From IMG/VR virus record IMGVR_UViG_3300010371_000004, positions 1-63,906 of that record: a stretch of DNA of 63,906 nt; one strand, given 5' to 3'. The position numbers and the translations under genes were made by a program. Numbering within the stretch: the first letter of the stretch is position 1; every line of letters starts with the position of its first letter. Below are positions 9,969 to 19,530 of this stretch, piece by piece. Source of the DNA: a virus (Duplodnaviria > Caudoviricetes). The notes beneath the pieces are model-generated. The model searched no databases and had not been told where the DNA came from. It worked only from the letters and a program-made list of their open reading frames with translations.

Positions 9969-10052
9969 ATCCGGGAATCAAAACGGTTCCGGTTCGCCGG
10001 AACAATATCTCCCCCTACCCCCTCTTCCTCTAAGAAGCGGGGGCTATTTCCG

Positions 10053-10140
10053 AAGACTGCAAGACTGCAAGGATGCAAACGAGTCCTAAGACTGCAAGCA
10101 CACCCCGTAATCATGCAAAGCAATTTGCAGTCTTTGCAGT
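10053..10140. repeat. AAGACTGC iteron-like repeats; candidate replication origin
   Basis: AAGACTGC at 10053, 10061 and 10088, inverted TTGCAGT copies at 10125-10140; downstream of the primase-helicase. Confidence 0.55.
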
Positions 10141-10181
10141 GTTAGATTCATTCTACACTTAACCGTATGGTATATTGTCTT

Positions 10182-10844
10182 ATGCCGACAATTAAGCGAA
10201 GAAAACGACGCAAGATCGAACAGGTTCACCCATCGTCTAGGCGTCGAAAATGTTGGAAGGACCCAATTTACATCGAAAGTTCCGTGGCGCTTGTAGTCCT
10301 TACGAAAGGCGCTTTCGCCTTGGTGGACGCCGAGGATGCGGAGCGATTGAATCAGCATCCCTGGCATGTCGACAGCGGGCTCTATGCTCATAACGACAAC
10401 TTGGGAGGTATGCACCGTTTTGTCATGGGTCTTGCTAAAACCGATCCGCGCATCGTTGACCATTTGAACGGCTTGCGGTACGACAATCGAAAGAAAAACC
10501 TGTCTATTTGTAATCAGCAGCAAAACATGGCTTCGGCATCGTTGGCTAAAAAGCGGCCGGGCGATCTTCCGGTAGGAGTAGGATGTAACGGAAAACGCTT
10601 TTCGGCTCAAGGTCCGTGCGGATACCTCGGAACGTTCGATAGTCCACGAGAAGCCGTCATTGCTCGAATCATCGCGTATGAGGTCTACAAACGCGAGAAG
10701 AGAAGCGTAAGATGGTCCGCGTGTTTCAGTGGAAATATCGAAGGTCCGCTGCATCCTGCGTGGCTCGAATACCTGGGCGTTACTACTCATCAAATGGATC
10801 AACTTGCATCATCCATACTCCATCAGGCCGCTTCACCGTCATAA
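10182..10844 (+). CDS. HNH homing endonuclease (HNH/AP2-like)
   Basis: LTKGAFALVDAED...MHRFVMG...VDHLNGLRYDNRKKNL...YLGTFDSPREA. Confidence 0.85.
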   Translation: MPTIKRRKRRKIEQVHPSSRRRKCWKDPIYIESSVALVVLTKGAFALVDAEDAERLNQHPWHVDSGLYAHNDNLGGMHRFVMGLAKTDPRIVDHLNGLRYDNRKKNLSICNQQQNMASASLAKKRPGDLPVGVGCNGKRFSAQGPCGYLGTFDSPREAVIARIIAYEVYKREKRSVRWSACFSGNIEGPLHPAWLEYLGVTTHQMDQLASSILHQAASPS

Positions 10845-12573
10845 CCTTTAGTTCGTCCCGTGCGGTTGACACCGTGCGGGAACTTATACCAGCCGCGCCG
10901 CACTTCTCATAAACGATCTTGCTTTCGACGTATACGCCAGTGCATATCTCCCGAATGAGGGCCTTCGCTGCCGTGACCTTCGATCTTCCCCCGGCGTCTC
11001 TTGTCGCTCCCGCCTCATCCGAGGGATCAAACGGGTTGCCAGCGTTCTTGATGTACTGGACTTCCAAATCCACACGGCGGTAAATAAAGTGATCGGCTTT
11101 CGGAACAAGCAAACTGCCTTTTTCGCAGGTCACTACTACGGCCCCGTGGTTCGTCGGGTGCTTGCGGCAAACCATTTGCCCACGGTGGGAATTTCTGAAC
11201 TGCACCGATCCGATGCCGACCTGTGAAGCATCTTCGATCTTGCCCTTTTTGAAATGGCGCAGGTCCCAAAACGTGCAGCCGGTTTTCGATGCTACGACGT
11301 TCAAGATCTCCATGACCCGCAATACGTCTAACGCTGTGTTGGCGTCCTTGACGATGTTCTGGCAGAAGTACATGAACGCATCGACAATGCAAAGCTTGAT
11401 ACCGTTGTCTTCGATAGTCTCTTCAACGAGTCGCAACCCATCACGATCAAACACAATATCGTCTCCCGCGAAAAGGATCATGCCAGGTACGCCACCGTTC
11501 GCCAGGTAGACCGTCATCAACTCTTCGTCGGTGTCTTCCCGCTTGTGCATGTACAGCGTCTTTACAGGGCCTTCCGGTAGTGGTTGGAAGTCCAGCGGAT
11601 GTAGCCCTCGTGACATTGCCGCTGCCCATGCCAGCGCCAAACTCGTTTTGCCTACGCCACCGTCGCCGTCAAGCAAAATGCACTTGCCTTTCGGTAGATA
11701 TGGCTCTGCTAGATATTCTGGGTTTGACCATCCTTGCGCCATGTCCGGCTGACGGACAGTAAGGCCCCGCTTGGGCATCAGGTCAAGACGTTTGACGAAC
11801 TGTGTCTCAGTGAATCCGGCCTCGAAGTGATCGAACCCATCATCGTGATCGCCGGTCGTTGCTGACTGGACAACCTCCACATAAGCAGCGACACCTTTAA
11901 GTTGAGAGGCGATGTAAGCCGCGTAAGCTTCCCCGGTTTCGTCTCGGTCGGCAATGATAACGACCTTCGCAGATTTGAAAAACTTGGTGTGCTCGGGAAG
12001 CCATTTCGAGCCGGGGTTATCCTTGTGCGCTCCCCCCGGTTGGCACGTTGCGGTTAGGCCCTTGGTTCGCAGTCGGTCTACCGCTTTTTCGCCTTCGCAG
12101 ATATAGACCGTCTTGCCGCTTCGCATGGCTTGCAGTAGGTCCGCGACACGGTACAGGATCTTTGATTTACCATTGAGACTCGAAAGGTCTTTGTCATATG
12201 CTCCGAGTCCAAGTTCTATGCGCTGAAAGAAGTTCTTTTTGCCATCCTTCCCTAGAAACCGTACCTTCTCAAAAACGTACTTGCCTTCAAGGTCGTAATA
12301 CTTGTAGACCGTTTGGGTGCCGTTGGTTAGCGTCCTTTCAATGGCTGAAATGCGCCGGTCGTCTTCTTCCATGTTCAGCGCGGACAGTATTGCGGACTCA
12401 CTGCAACCGGCTTGGCATTTGACGTGTAGCCATCCGTCCTTTTCCCAAACCGCAAACGATGGGGAATCATCTTCGTGCGCGGGGCATTTTGCCGAAACCA
12501 TCCGGCATCCGTCCTTTGTTCTGACCTTGCGCTTATCCGGGTCTAAGCGGCCCGCGAACTCGTCAAGCGTCAT
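10783..12573 (-). CDS. DNA primase-helicase (zinc finger, TOPRIM, RecA-like AAA)
   Basis: CPAHEDDSPS...CQAGC; ICEGEK and IADRDETG TOPRIM motifs; Walker A GDGGVGKT; Walker B CIVD. Confidence 0.9.
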   Translation of the reverse strand: MTLDEFAGRLDPDKRKVRTKDGCRMVSAKCPAHEDDSPSFAVWEKDGWLHVKCQAGCSESAILSALNMEEDDRRISAIERTLTNGTQTVYKYYDLEGKYVFEKVRFLGKDGKKNFFQRIELGLGAYDKDLSSLNGKSKILYRVADLLQAMRSGKTVYICEGEKAVDRLRTKGLTATCQPGGAHKDNPGSKWLPEHTKFFKSAKVVIIADRDETGEAYAAYIASQLKGVAAYVEVVQSATTGDHDDGFDHFEAGFTETQFVKRLDLMPKRGLTVRQPDMAQGWSNPEYLAEPYLPKGKCILLDGDGGVGKTSLALAWAAAMSRGLHPLDFQPLPEGPVKTLYMHKREDTDEELMTVYLANGGVPGMILFAGDDIVFDRDGLRLVEETIEDNGIKLCIVDAFMYFCQNIVKDANTALDVLRVMEILNVVASKTGCTFWDLRHFKKGKIEDASQVGIGSVQFRNSHRGQMVCRKHPTNHGAVVVTCEKGSLLVPKADHFIYRRVDLEVQYIKNAGNPFDPSDEAGATRDAGGRSKVTAAKALIREICTGVYVESKIVYEKCGAAGISSRTVSTARDELKVMTVKRPDGVWMMQVDPFDE

Positions 12574-13130
12574 GACCTAGGCTTCCATTGACCAGCGTTC
12601 TTGCAGTCATTCCAGATTGTTTGAAAGTTGACAACGCCCGGTATGGATCGTTCTCGAAAATGCGGGCTTGCACCCTTCACGATATCTACCGTCGTGCCGT
12701 CTCGATCTCTCCACCATGCGAGCGAGGATTCCCAGCCTTTGGTGCCGCTCACGAATTCCAGCAATACAGTCTCGCTGAATCCGGTGCTATTGAGATACAC
12801 GCCAAGAGTGTCTTGAGGATGCCAGGAGCCCCAAAGTCTAGGACCGAGCGCCAATATGCACTCTCCGGAACACCTGGCAGCACGGATAATCTCGGGATCT
12901 CTGAAAAGATACTCAAAGGCATCAACTGCTTTGACTTCCACATAAAGCGGCGGTAGCCCAATGGAGGTTAAGCGGAAATCTGGAATCCAACCGGACCACG
13001 CAACAAACGGCTCGTACTCCCATTTCCATCCCAACGCATCGAAGCAACGCGCCCAATGAGCCTCAAGCATAGACCGGAATTGTACGCCTTTATATTCCGT
13101 GGGCTTGGGTGGTATCGAACGGTCAGGCAT
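12570..13130 (-). CDS. PD-(D/E)XK-like nuclease-domain protein
   Basis: YKGVQFRSMLEAHWA...WEYEP...WIPDF...YVEVK. Confidence 0.75.
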   Translation of the reverse strand: MPDRSIPPKPTEYKGVQFRSMLEAHWARCFDALGWKWEYEPFVAWSGWIPDFRLTSIGLPPLYVEVKAVDAFEYLFRDPEIIRAARCSGECILALGPRLWGSWHPQDTLGVYLNSTGFSETVLLEFVSGTKGWESSLAWWRDRDGTTVDIVKGASPHFRERSIPGVVNFQTIWNDCKNAGQWKPRS

Positions 13131-13141
13131 TAGCGCCGACC

Positions 13142-13246
13142 CCGAATATTAGAAAGCCCTGCGGGGGTCCGGTGGGTCGCGTGGCAGAAAGAGGCTTGCC
13201 GCCACCGAGACACACCCCGTAGAGCGTTGCAAAGACTAATATTCGG
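13142..13246 (-). ncRNA. Structured RNA upstream of the replication genes (C4/CI antisense-like)
   Basis: 11-bp closing stem CCGAATATTAG/CTAATATTCGG with nested stems; internal ACGCGAC is complementary to the upstream leader. Confidence 0.5.
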
Positions 13247-13366
13247 TTGTAATGGTTCCATTTTTCCTCAATCAACGGACGCGACTCCGTGGCGTACTCG
13301 CCTTTTTTAGTTTACCTTCTCTTCCAATTCAACACAAGTCTAGTTTTTCTTTGTCTCTACTGGGGG

Positions 13367-14089
13367 TTATTCGATTGGTGAGAGGGATTCAAAGTCTAGC
13401 GGTATGTCTTTTGGCTTTGGTGGATCTATTGGGCCGAAGTCCATGATTTCCTGACTCAACCTTAATGCCGATAGCTCGCAAAACTGCTCTTCCTTCTCAA
13501 TTCCGATAGCCTTTCGTCCGTGTCTTTTAGCCGCCATCAAAGTCGTACCGCTGCCCAAGAACGGATCAATGATTAGCTCCTGCTCTGTGAAGAACCGCAA
13601 CATTATCCGCTCCCATGATGGCAAATCCTTTGGGCATGGGTGAGGTATGGGACCCGCACCCGCACCCGCACCCGCACCCGTCCTTTGCGCCGTGCTTATG
13701 TAGTCCTGCCAAGCATCGTGTCCGACTCGCTGTTTTGGCTTTCCGTAGACCAGGATGGGCTCCCATACATTAAATCCGCCGATAGAAGACGGTGAGCACT
13801 GATTCGGCTTGAACCACGCACATACCCACGTAGGCAATTCGATTGCGAGCCACATTGAAAGATTGACGGTACCGGGTGAGAACACAATCGGCCGAGGACA
13901 AAGTTCAAACCACGTTCGACACCATTCGCTGTAATCTTTCCGCTTGTCGCCCTCGCAATAAGCCAGACCGACGTTGTAAGGAGGATCGGTCAAAACAGAG
14001 GCGTCACGCGGCAACTCTGGCAGGATCTCGCGACAATCGCCGTGGTAAATGACAATGCCATCTTTCTCGTAATAAGGCTTTATAGGCAC
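13367..14089 (-). CDS. Site-specific DNA methyltransferase (N6A/N4C, beta class)
   Basis: IYHGDC, TDPPY, HPCPK, IDPFLGSGTT and IGIE motifs. Confidence 0.92.
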   Translation of the reverse strand: MPIKPYYEKDGIVIYHGDCREILPELPRDASVLTDPPYNVGLAYCEGDKRKDYSEWCRTWFELCPRPIVFSPGTVNLSMWLAIELPTWVCAWFKPNQCSPSSIGGFNVWEPILVYGKPKQRVGHDAWQDYISTAQRTGAGAGAGAGPIPHPCPKDLPSWERIMLRFFTEQELIIDPFLGSGTTLMAAKRHGRKAIGIEKEEQFCELSALRLSQEIMDFGPIDPPKPKDIPLDFESLSPIE

Positions 14090-14129
14090 GTCTCATCCTC
14101 CCAGATCCAAAACCCATCAACGTCTATAG

Positions 14130-15613
14130 TCATGGCGTCTCATCCCGTCGTTGCATTAGCTTTACCGGCAACGGTCCAAACGACCACGAAGCCTCACGGA
14201 CGGAATGATAAACGGGTCCGACAGGCTCCCCGCTTGATAGCCGCCATTGCCAAGTGTGCTGCGTCCCGTTCCATTCGTCCATCAGGTGATATTCTCGATG
14301 ATTGAAGAACTGGCTATTGACGGCTTTCGGCTTTTTGGACGGATAGAAGATGCGATCTATCCAGGTCATGATTTTTGCTCACCGTCTGTCGTAACCCTCC
14401 CAACCCATCGAACCGCAAGGCAGATAAACGCATAGAGCGCCCCGCAGAGCGAACCGGATATCAGAGCTATTGCCAGCAGTATGTAGATCGTTGTCATTGG
14501 TTCCTCTCTTTGATCGCGTCTCGGATCTCGTCTAGCACAGAGCAGATCGCGGCCAATGCAATAAACACCGAGGCCACGACGAGACATGACCCAAAATTGT
14601 GACCGTCAAGAACTAAACCAATCCCGATTGAACCGGCTAAGCATCCAATGTAGAGGTAAATGAGCCAGATCCTCATTTCCGGTTCTCCTGCGCCAACACC
14701 CCAAGCAGTTTCGTTACCGATTCGGCCCACTTTTGGAGCGATACCGGTACCTGCAAATCATCGTGGAGATAGCCGTAGTTTGTTCGGATCTCGTCGAGTA
14801 AGTCGTAAATAGCTCCCTGTCCAGTTTGTACGTTCATCGGTTCCCCTCTCCACTTAGCCAAGCCTTTAACTTGCGCGAAACCTCGATCTCGGATTTGATG
14901 TACGGATGGACCAAGACGCCCACCGCACCAGGACCGTTAAGCAGTTTTTCTCCCTCGGCAATATGGTCGTCGCAAGCGTCGATTAAGATGCTCATGGAGT
15001 TCGGTTCTGTGGGTTGCTTCTCTTTGTCTGCTAGGGCTTGGAGTTCGGACCAATTATCGCCGCCGTTCGACGCGCAAGCGTGGTTAGTACAGAAAATCGC
15101 GTACAGATCCTCGTCCGGAACTTTGTCACGCTGCATGTCTGACTCACCGCAAATCGGACACTTAACCCAACCGTCTCGCACCATTCCGTTACTATTCTCT
15201 ACCTGAGACTCAGGGGTGAAGGGTTTGGCGAACCTCAATAGCGGTAAATTATTTGGTGTTTGCCCGATATGCTGCCGTGATACGCGATACCAGCGATTAG
15301 CCCGACTGCTGACTGACTTCTCAGCGCAATCCTCGTCAATAATTTGATCCGACTCAACCAATACAAACGGATCCCCGTCTATCTCGAATGGTTGCGGCTC
15401 TTGCTTGGTTGCGGGTTGGATCTTGCGGCAGAACCGAGCATCGACAAGGATCATGCCTTCAATCATCGAGTCAGACAAAGGGAATGTACTAAGCCATTCG
15501 CCATCGCGCGGGCTCCAGAAAAAAGAGTCGTCGGTTAGATCGGTCGATAGTTTGACGTCCGGTATCTCGTAGCCATCGAATGGAGTCGGGTTTGTTGGTG
15601 GTTGGTTGTTCAT
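14130..15613 (-). other. Coupled hypothetical CDS, including 14834-15613 (259 aa, zinc ribbon) and small membrane proteins
   Basis: Overlapping co-directional ORFs; CPICG...CTNHAC. Confidence 0.6.
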
Positions 15614-15710
15614 GTTTATTTTCCAAAGCAGCCGTAAATCTCAACGGCAAAGAATATCAGGACGATAACGAATATCGGCCAACGGTCAAAGCGTGGTAGT
15701 GGAGGGAGGT

Positions 15711-16013
15711 TCATGATTTCCACTCTCCGATGTGCAGTTGCGAATGATGACGAAGGCACAAAATTTTGAGGTTGTCGTGCGAATGACGCAGTTCAGGATG
15801 CGCCGCTTTCGTGCGGGTGTGATGGACTTCGATAGGACCCGCGCATTCTCCCTGTCCGGCCATCTCGCAAACGTTTCCTCTCTCAGCGATCAGAGCGGCC
15901 TTCGTTACGGCATCTTCGCGCTTGTTCTTCTTGCCGCGTTTCCCGATCTTGGATAAACCCGCAAGGGTCTTCCATGAACCGTCTGGATTCTTGCGGATGT
16001 CGGTTCGCTTCAT
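15711..16013 (-). CDS. HNH endonuclease
   Basis: CEM...C...EVHH...NLKILCLRHHSQLH. Confidence 0.8.
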   Translation of the reverse strand: MKRTDIRKNPDGSWKTLAGLSKIGKRGKKNKREDAVTKAALIAERGNVCEMAGQGECAGPIEVHHTRTKAAHPELRHSHDNLKILCLRHHSQLHIGEWKS

Positions 16014-16417
16014 CTCTTCACCGTTGAGTAGCGTGTCCCGAGATTCCGAATATCAGCCGCCAAAGCAAGATAACCGGCTCCAATGTCCTCGCGCTTGATG
16101 ATCGTGACCGGGTGTCCATTTGCTGCCATCATCTTTGCCTTGACCCTGAATACCGCCGTGACCATCCCCTTGACGTCCTCGCGAACCGTTTGAAGATCGG
16201 GACCCGGTAGCGTGTACTCAAAGTCCAGAACCAACTTGACCGCCCGCCGCTTAACTGACTTCTCCAAAAGCGTGTACGGCACTTGACATTGCAGCAACTT
16301 GATAAGGCCCTTGCGCTCCCGATCTTTCAATTCAAGATAGCGAGCGGCCTCGGCAGTAGAGTCGAACTTGCGCTGGTCGATAGTGACTTTTTGCGCCCTG
16401 TACTTATTGGGCTTCAT
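16010..16417 (-). CDS. DUF1064-family nuclease-like protein
   Basis: NKYRAQKVTIDQRKFDSTAEAARYLELK...LDFEY...EDVKG. Confidence 0.85.
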   Translation of the reverse strand: MKPNKYRAQKVTIDQRKFDSTAEAARYLELKDRERKGLIKLLQCQVPYTLLEKSVKRRAVKLVLDFEYTLPGPDLQTVREDVKGMVTAVFRVKAKMMAANGHPVTIIKREDIGAGYLALAADIRNLGTRYSTVKR

Positions 16418-17735
16418 GCCACCACCCATTTACGCGCCTCTGCAACCTCACCGGCTTCCCATCCGTCAACCGACTCTTTGAGAAACGCCTTACCCGCGTC
16501 AGTTTCTAGGAAGTCATGGCAAGCCGTACAAAGCGAGTAGAACCCTGCGTCACCCTCGTTGACGCAGAAGCAGGACCAATATAAGTCGCCTATCTGGATC
16601 GGATTCGTTTCCGTCTTGTACCAGCACCCCTCGCACCGCCGAACCTTTTGGGATTTGTGTCTCGACTCACTGTAAACGTCGCTCACGTCTTATCTCCCGT
16701 AGCCGCTGACTCTCTCAAAGCTGTTAAAGCGTTTTCTAAACATGATTCGCAAATTCCATAGGATCGGTCGTCATCGTCGCCGGACCAAATGGCCATGACA
16801 GGGCCGGGAGTTCTGCACTCGTCGCAATAGCCGCGAATGGTGATTGACGTCACGGCTTAGAACCTCCTGCGGCAACAATTTCAGCGTGACGAGCAAACTT
16901 GTTCATTTCCGAGGGTCCGATAACGCGGGTTCGCCACCCGTCCTTGACTACCAAAAATTGATTGATCTTGCCGCAAACGATAAGGGAGCGACGACGGTCA
17001 GCGTCGTAGATTCGCTCACCCATGTCAACGGACAACCAAGAAAGCAAAGTCACTTAGAACCTCCTGCGGCTTTCGCTTCCAAATACGCTATGTACGAAGA
17101 TAGGATGATCGTTTTGCCCGCTTCTGAACCGAGTTCAGAACCATCGGCTTTCATGGCAGGTTTTAGCGCCTCATATTGTTCCCTGACTCCTGGCATTGGT
17201 GTACCGCCGTTAACGAATCCTGTCGTGAATTCGTCCCACGTTTCGGCCATCTGAGATAGCATCCAGTGGTACATAGCCAAAGGCAAAGGATGCCATGTTT
17301 CTGCTGGCGTACCGTCCACGTCATACCGCGCAACCGTATATCCATGTTGCTTGTCGGCTGTTCCTTCGTGAGATAGCAAAAGATTATTGCCGCCTGTTTG
17401 ATCTATCCAAAAATGCTTAGGATCTAGTTCAGCGAGCCGTTTTGCTTGCTCCAGTGTTAAAGCTACTTCACTAGGGTTCATGGCTTTTCAATCTCCTGTT
17501 CTACAAGATGCTTTAGATAGTCAGCAACGAAGAAATCAGGCATATCCAGACGGTCCGGGTCGAAGTCGCGTCCCTCGCTGTTCCAGTCCTCCATTGCTTT
17601 GCAGAAGTTGAACTGATCCTCTTTTGACTCGAAGAATCCGGCGAACTCTTCAAAGTCGTTACAGCCAGCGTTGCCCATCCTGTCGCTTGCGTATTCGAGA
17701 AAATGAGCGATCAACTTAAGCGTGGTTTTGTTCAT
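16414..17735 (-). other. Hypothetical CDS (17478-17735, 17050-17481, 16850-17053, 16414-16686)
   Basis: Co-directional ORFs, mostly coupled. Confidence 0.6.
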
Positions 17736-17751
17736 TCCCCACCTTCCTTAC

Positions 17752-18920
17752 TGTAATCCATGAGGTATACTATACTGTATGCCAGTAAGAATTGTGACGT
17801 GTAAATTACGTACAACAGAAGAAAATCGCGCAATTCTCGCGGATACGATGGCTACCTATGCCAGGGTGTCCAATTTAATATCTGGTATCGCTTGGCATTC
17901 GCGGGCATTCGGTCTATTTGGACTGCATCGCCTGTCGTATCATCAAGCGCGAAAGGCTGAACCGTCCCTACCTTCCACTAGCGTAGTCGCAGCGATGCGG
18001 GGAGTGGTTCATTCCTACAAAAAGGATCGGCAGCACTATCATAATTTCAAAGAATCAGGGGCCGTAACTCTCAATAAATGGGCATACAAATTGGTCGGAG
18101 TGTCGTCAGTCAAGATCACGACAACACAAGGACGATTGACGCTCTCTCTCGCTCATGGCGGTAAACAGCGGGAAATTCTCGCCGCCGGGAAGATCGGGGA
18201 AGCGGATCTCATTTATCGGGATGGTGAATTCTATCTGGCAATATCGGTGACTATTCCCGATGTTCCCACGAAACCCACGAATGGCGTCATTGGCATTGAT
18301 TTGGGTGTCTCGCAAGTTACGACTGACTCAGACGGGGAATCAGTCGCCGGGGAGCCAATAAAGGCCATGCGGCGAAAAATGAGGCGGGTTCGCGGACTGC
18401 TCCAAAAGAAGGGGACCAAGAGCGCCAAGCGTCACCTAAAGCGGGTCGGTAAAAAGGAAAGCCGGTACCGAAAGAACGCGAACCATGTGATTTCTAAACA
18501 GATCGTCGCCAAGGCGGTCAACACGGCGAAGGCACTCGCGCTAGAGGATTTGAAGAAAATCCGAGAGCGCAGTAACGGTTTCGGTCGTGAGATGAGATGG
18601 CTCTTAGGTGGTTGGTCTTTTGCGGACCTCCGCGCCAAGATCACGTACAAGGCACAAGATGCGGGCATTCCCTGCGTCTTCGTGGACCCACGCAATACGT
18701 CTCGGACCTGCTCAAAATGCGGGCACTGTGATAAAGCGAATCGTAAAAGCCAATCTCGATTTGAATGCAATTTGTGTGGCTTCGTTGCCAACGCTGATGT
18801 AAATGCAGCGGTCAACATCGGAGTACGGGGTCAACTGTCCAAGACCCTAATGATGTCCGCTGCCTAGAACGGTCTAGGCAGAATTGGAACGTCAAGAGCC
18901 AATTGGCTCATAGGATTTAC
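17752..18920 (+). mobile_element. Solo TnpB (IS200/IS605-related, IS1341-like) element
   Basis: TTACTGT at both junctions; subterminal hairpin GAGCC-AATT-GGCTC; removing the element restores an ATGA-coupled gene junction. Confidence 0.8.
17779..18867 (+). CDS. tnpB: RNA-guided endonuclease TnpB
   Basis: RuvC motifs GIDLG, ALEDL and NADVNAAVNI; zinc finger CSKCG...CNLCG; all three catalytic acidic residues present. Confidence 0.95.
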   Translation: MPVRIVTCKLRTTEENRAILADTMATYARVSNLISGIAWHSRAFGLFGLHRLSYHQARKAEPSLPSTSVVAAMRGVVHSYKKDRQHYHNFKESGAVTLNKWAYKLVGVSSVKITTTQGRLTLSLAHGGKQREILAAGKIGEADLIYRDGEFYLAISVTIPDVPTKPTNGVIGIDLGVSQVTTDSDGESVAGEPIKAMRRKMRRVRGLLQKKGTKSAKRHLKRVGKKESRYRKNANHVISKQIVAKAVNTAKALALEDLKKIRERSNGFGREMRWLLGGWSFADLRAKITYKAQDAGIPCVFVDPRNTSRTCSKCGHCDKANRKSQSRFECNLCGFVANADVNAAVNIGVRGQLSKTLMMSAA

Positions 18921-18940
18921 TGTTCTCTTGGGATGCGGCA
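18820..18940 (+). ncRNA. Predicted omega/reRNA scaffold plus guide; 5' end uncertain
   Basis: Overlaps the tnpB 3' end; hairpins CTGCCTAGA-ACGG-TCTAGGCAG and GAGCC/GGCTC; right end TTAC at 18920. Confidence 0.6.
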
Positions 18941-19242
18941 ATCAAATCGTCTTTTGCGTATGATCCTAACCAGTCGCGATCCACGTTGCAAATTGACAGC
19001 GGATGCCCTGCGCTGACTCCATCCGAATGACCTTCACGGTATGCCGATTCAACCTTTTCGGCAAGTCGATATTCTGCTTGCTTGGCATGGGCGAGCCATC
19101 CCAAAGATGCGCCCTGAATGATGAGGCAGGAATAGTCGCCATTGGTTTTTGTATCGAAGTCGCCGCGCTCGAATCCTTGGCCCTCTAGTGCCATCATTGC
19201 CGTCTCAAACTCCGCTCTTTCCCGATCTTCGAAGGTGCTCAT
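18892..19242 (-). CDS. Hypothetical protein; C-terminus altered by the TnpB insertion
   Basis: Coupled to the HTH gene; last codons derive from the element's right end. Confidence 0.65.
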   Translation of the reverse strand: MSTFEDRERAEFETAMMALEGQGFERGDFDTKTNGDYSCLIIQGASLGWLAHAKQAEYRLAEKVESAYREGHSDGVSAGHPLSICNVDRDWLGSYAKDDLIAASQENSKSYEPIGS

Positions 19243-19442
19243 GCTCCCGCCTCGCTTGCGTCCTGGGTGGCTTTCCACTCAGGGTATCGCGGGTCGGCTT
19301 TGACTAGATACATGACCGTACCGGGCTTTACTCCGAGCGCGGTAGCTATCTCTCGGATCTTCAACACGCCGCCCGTGTAGTAGTCAAACGCTTTGCCGAT
19401 CTCATCGCCGAATCTTGGGACAGGCCCTCTTTTTCTTGGCAT
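19239..19442 (-). CDS. HTH regulator
   Basis: LKIREIATALGVKPGTVMYLV. Confidence 0.65.
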   Translation of the reverse strand: MPRKRGPVPRFGDEIGKAFDYYTGGVLKIREIATALGVKPGTVMYLVKADPRYPEWKATQDASEAGA

Positions 19443-19530
19443 GGATAGACTTTACCATGATTCTCTACAATTTCCTAGATATTTTTACGAAACTCTACAC
19501 AATCGTACAAGAACGCGCTATAATCAACCC

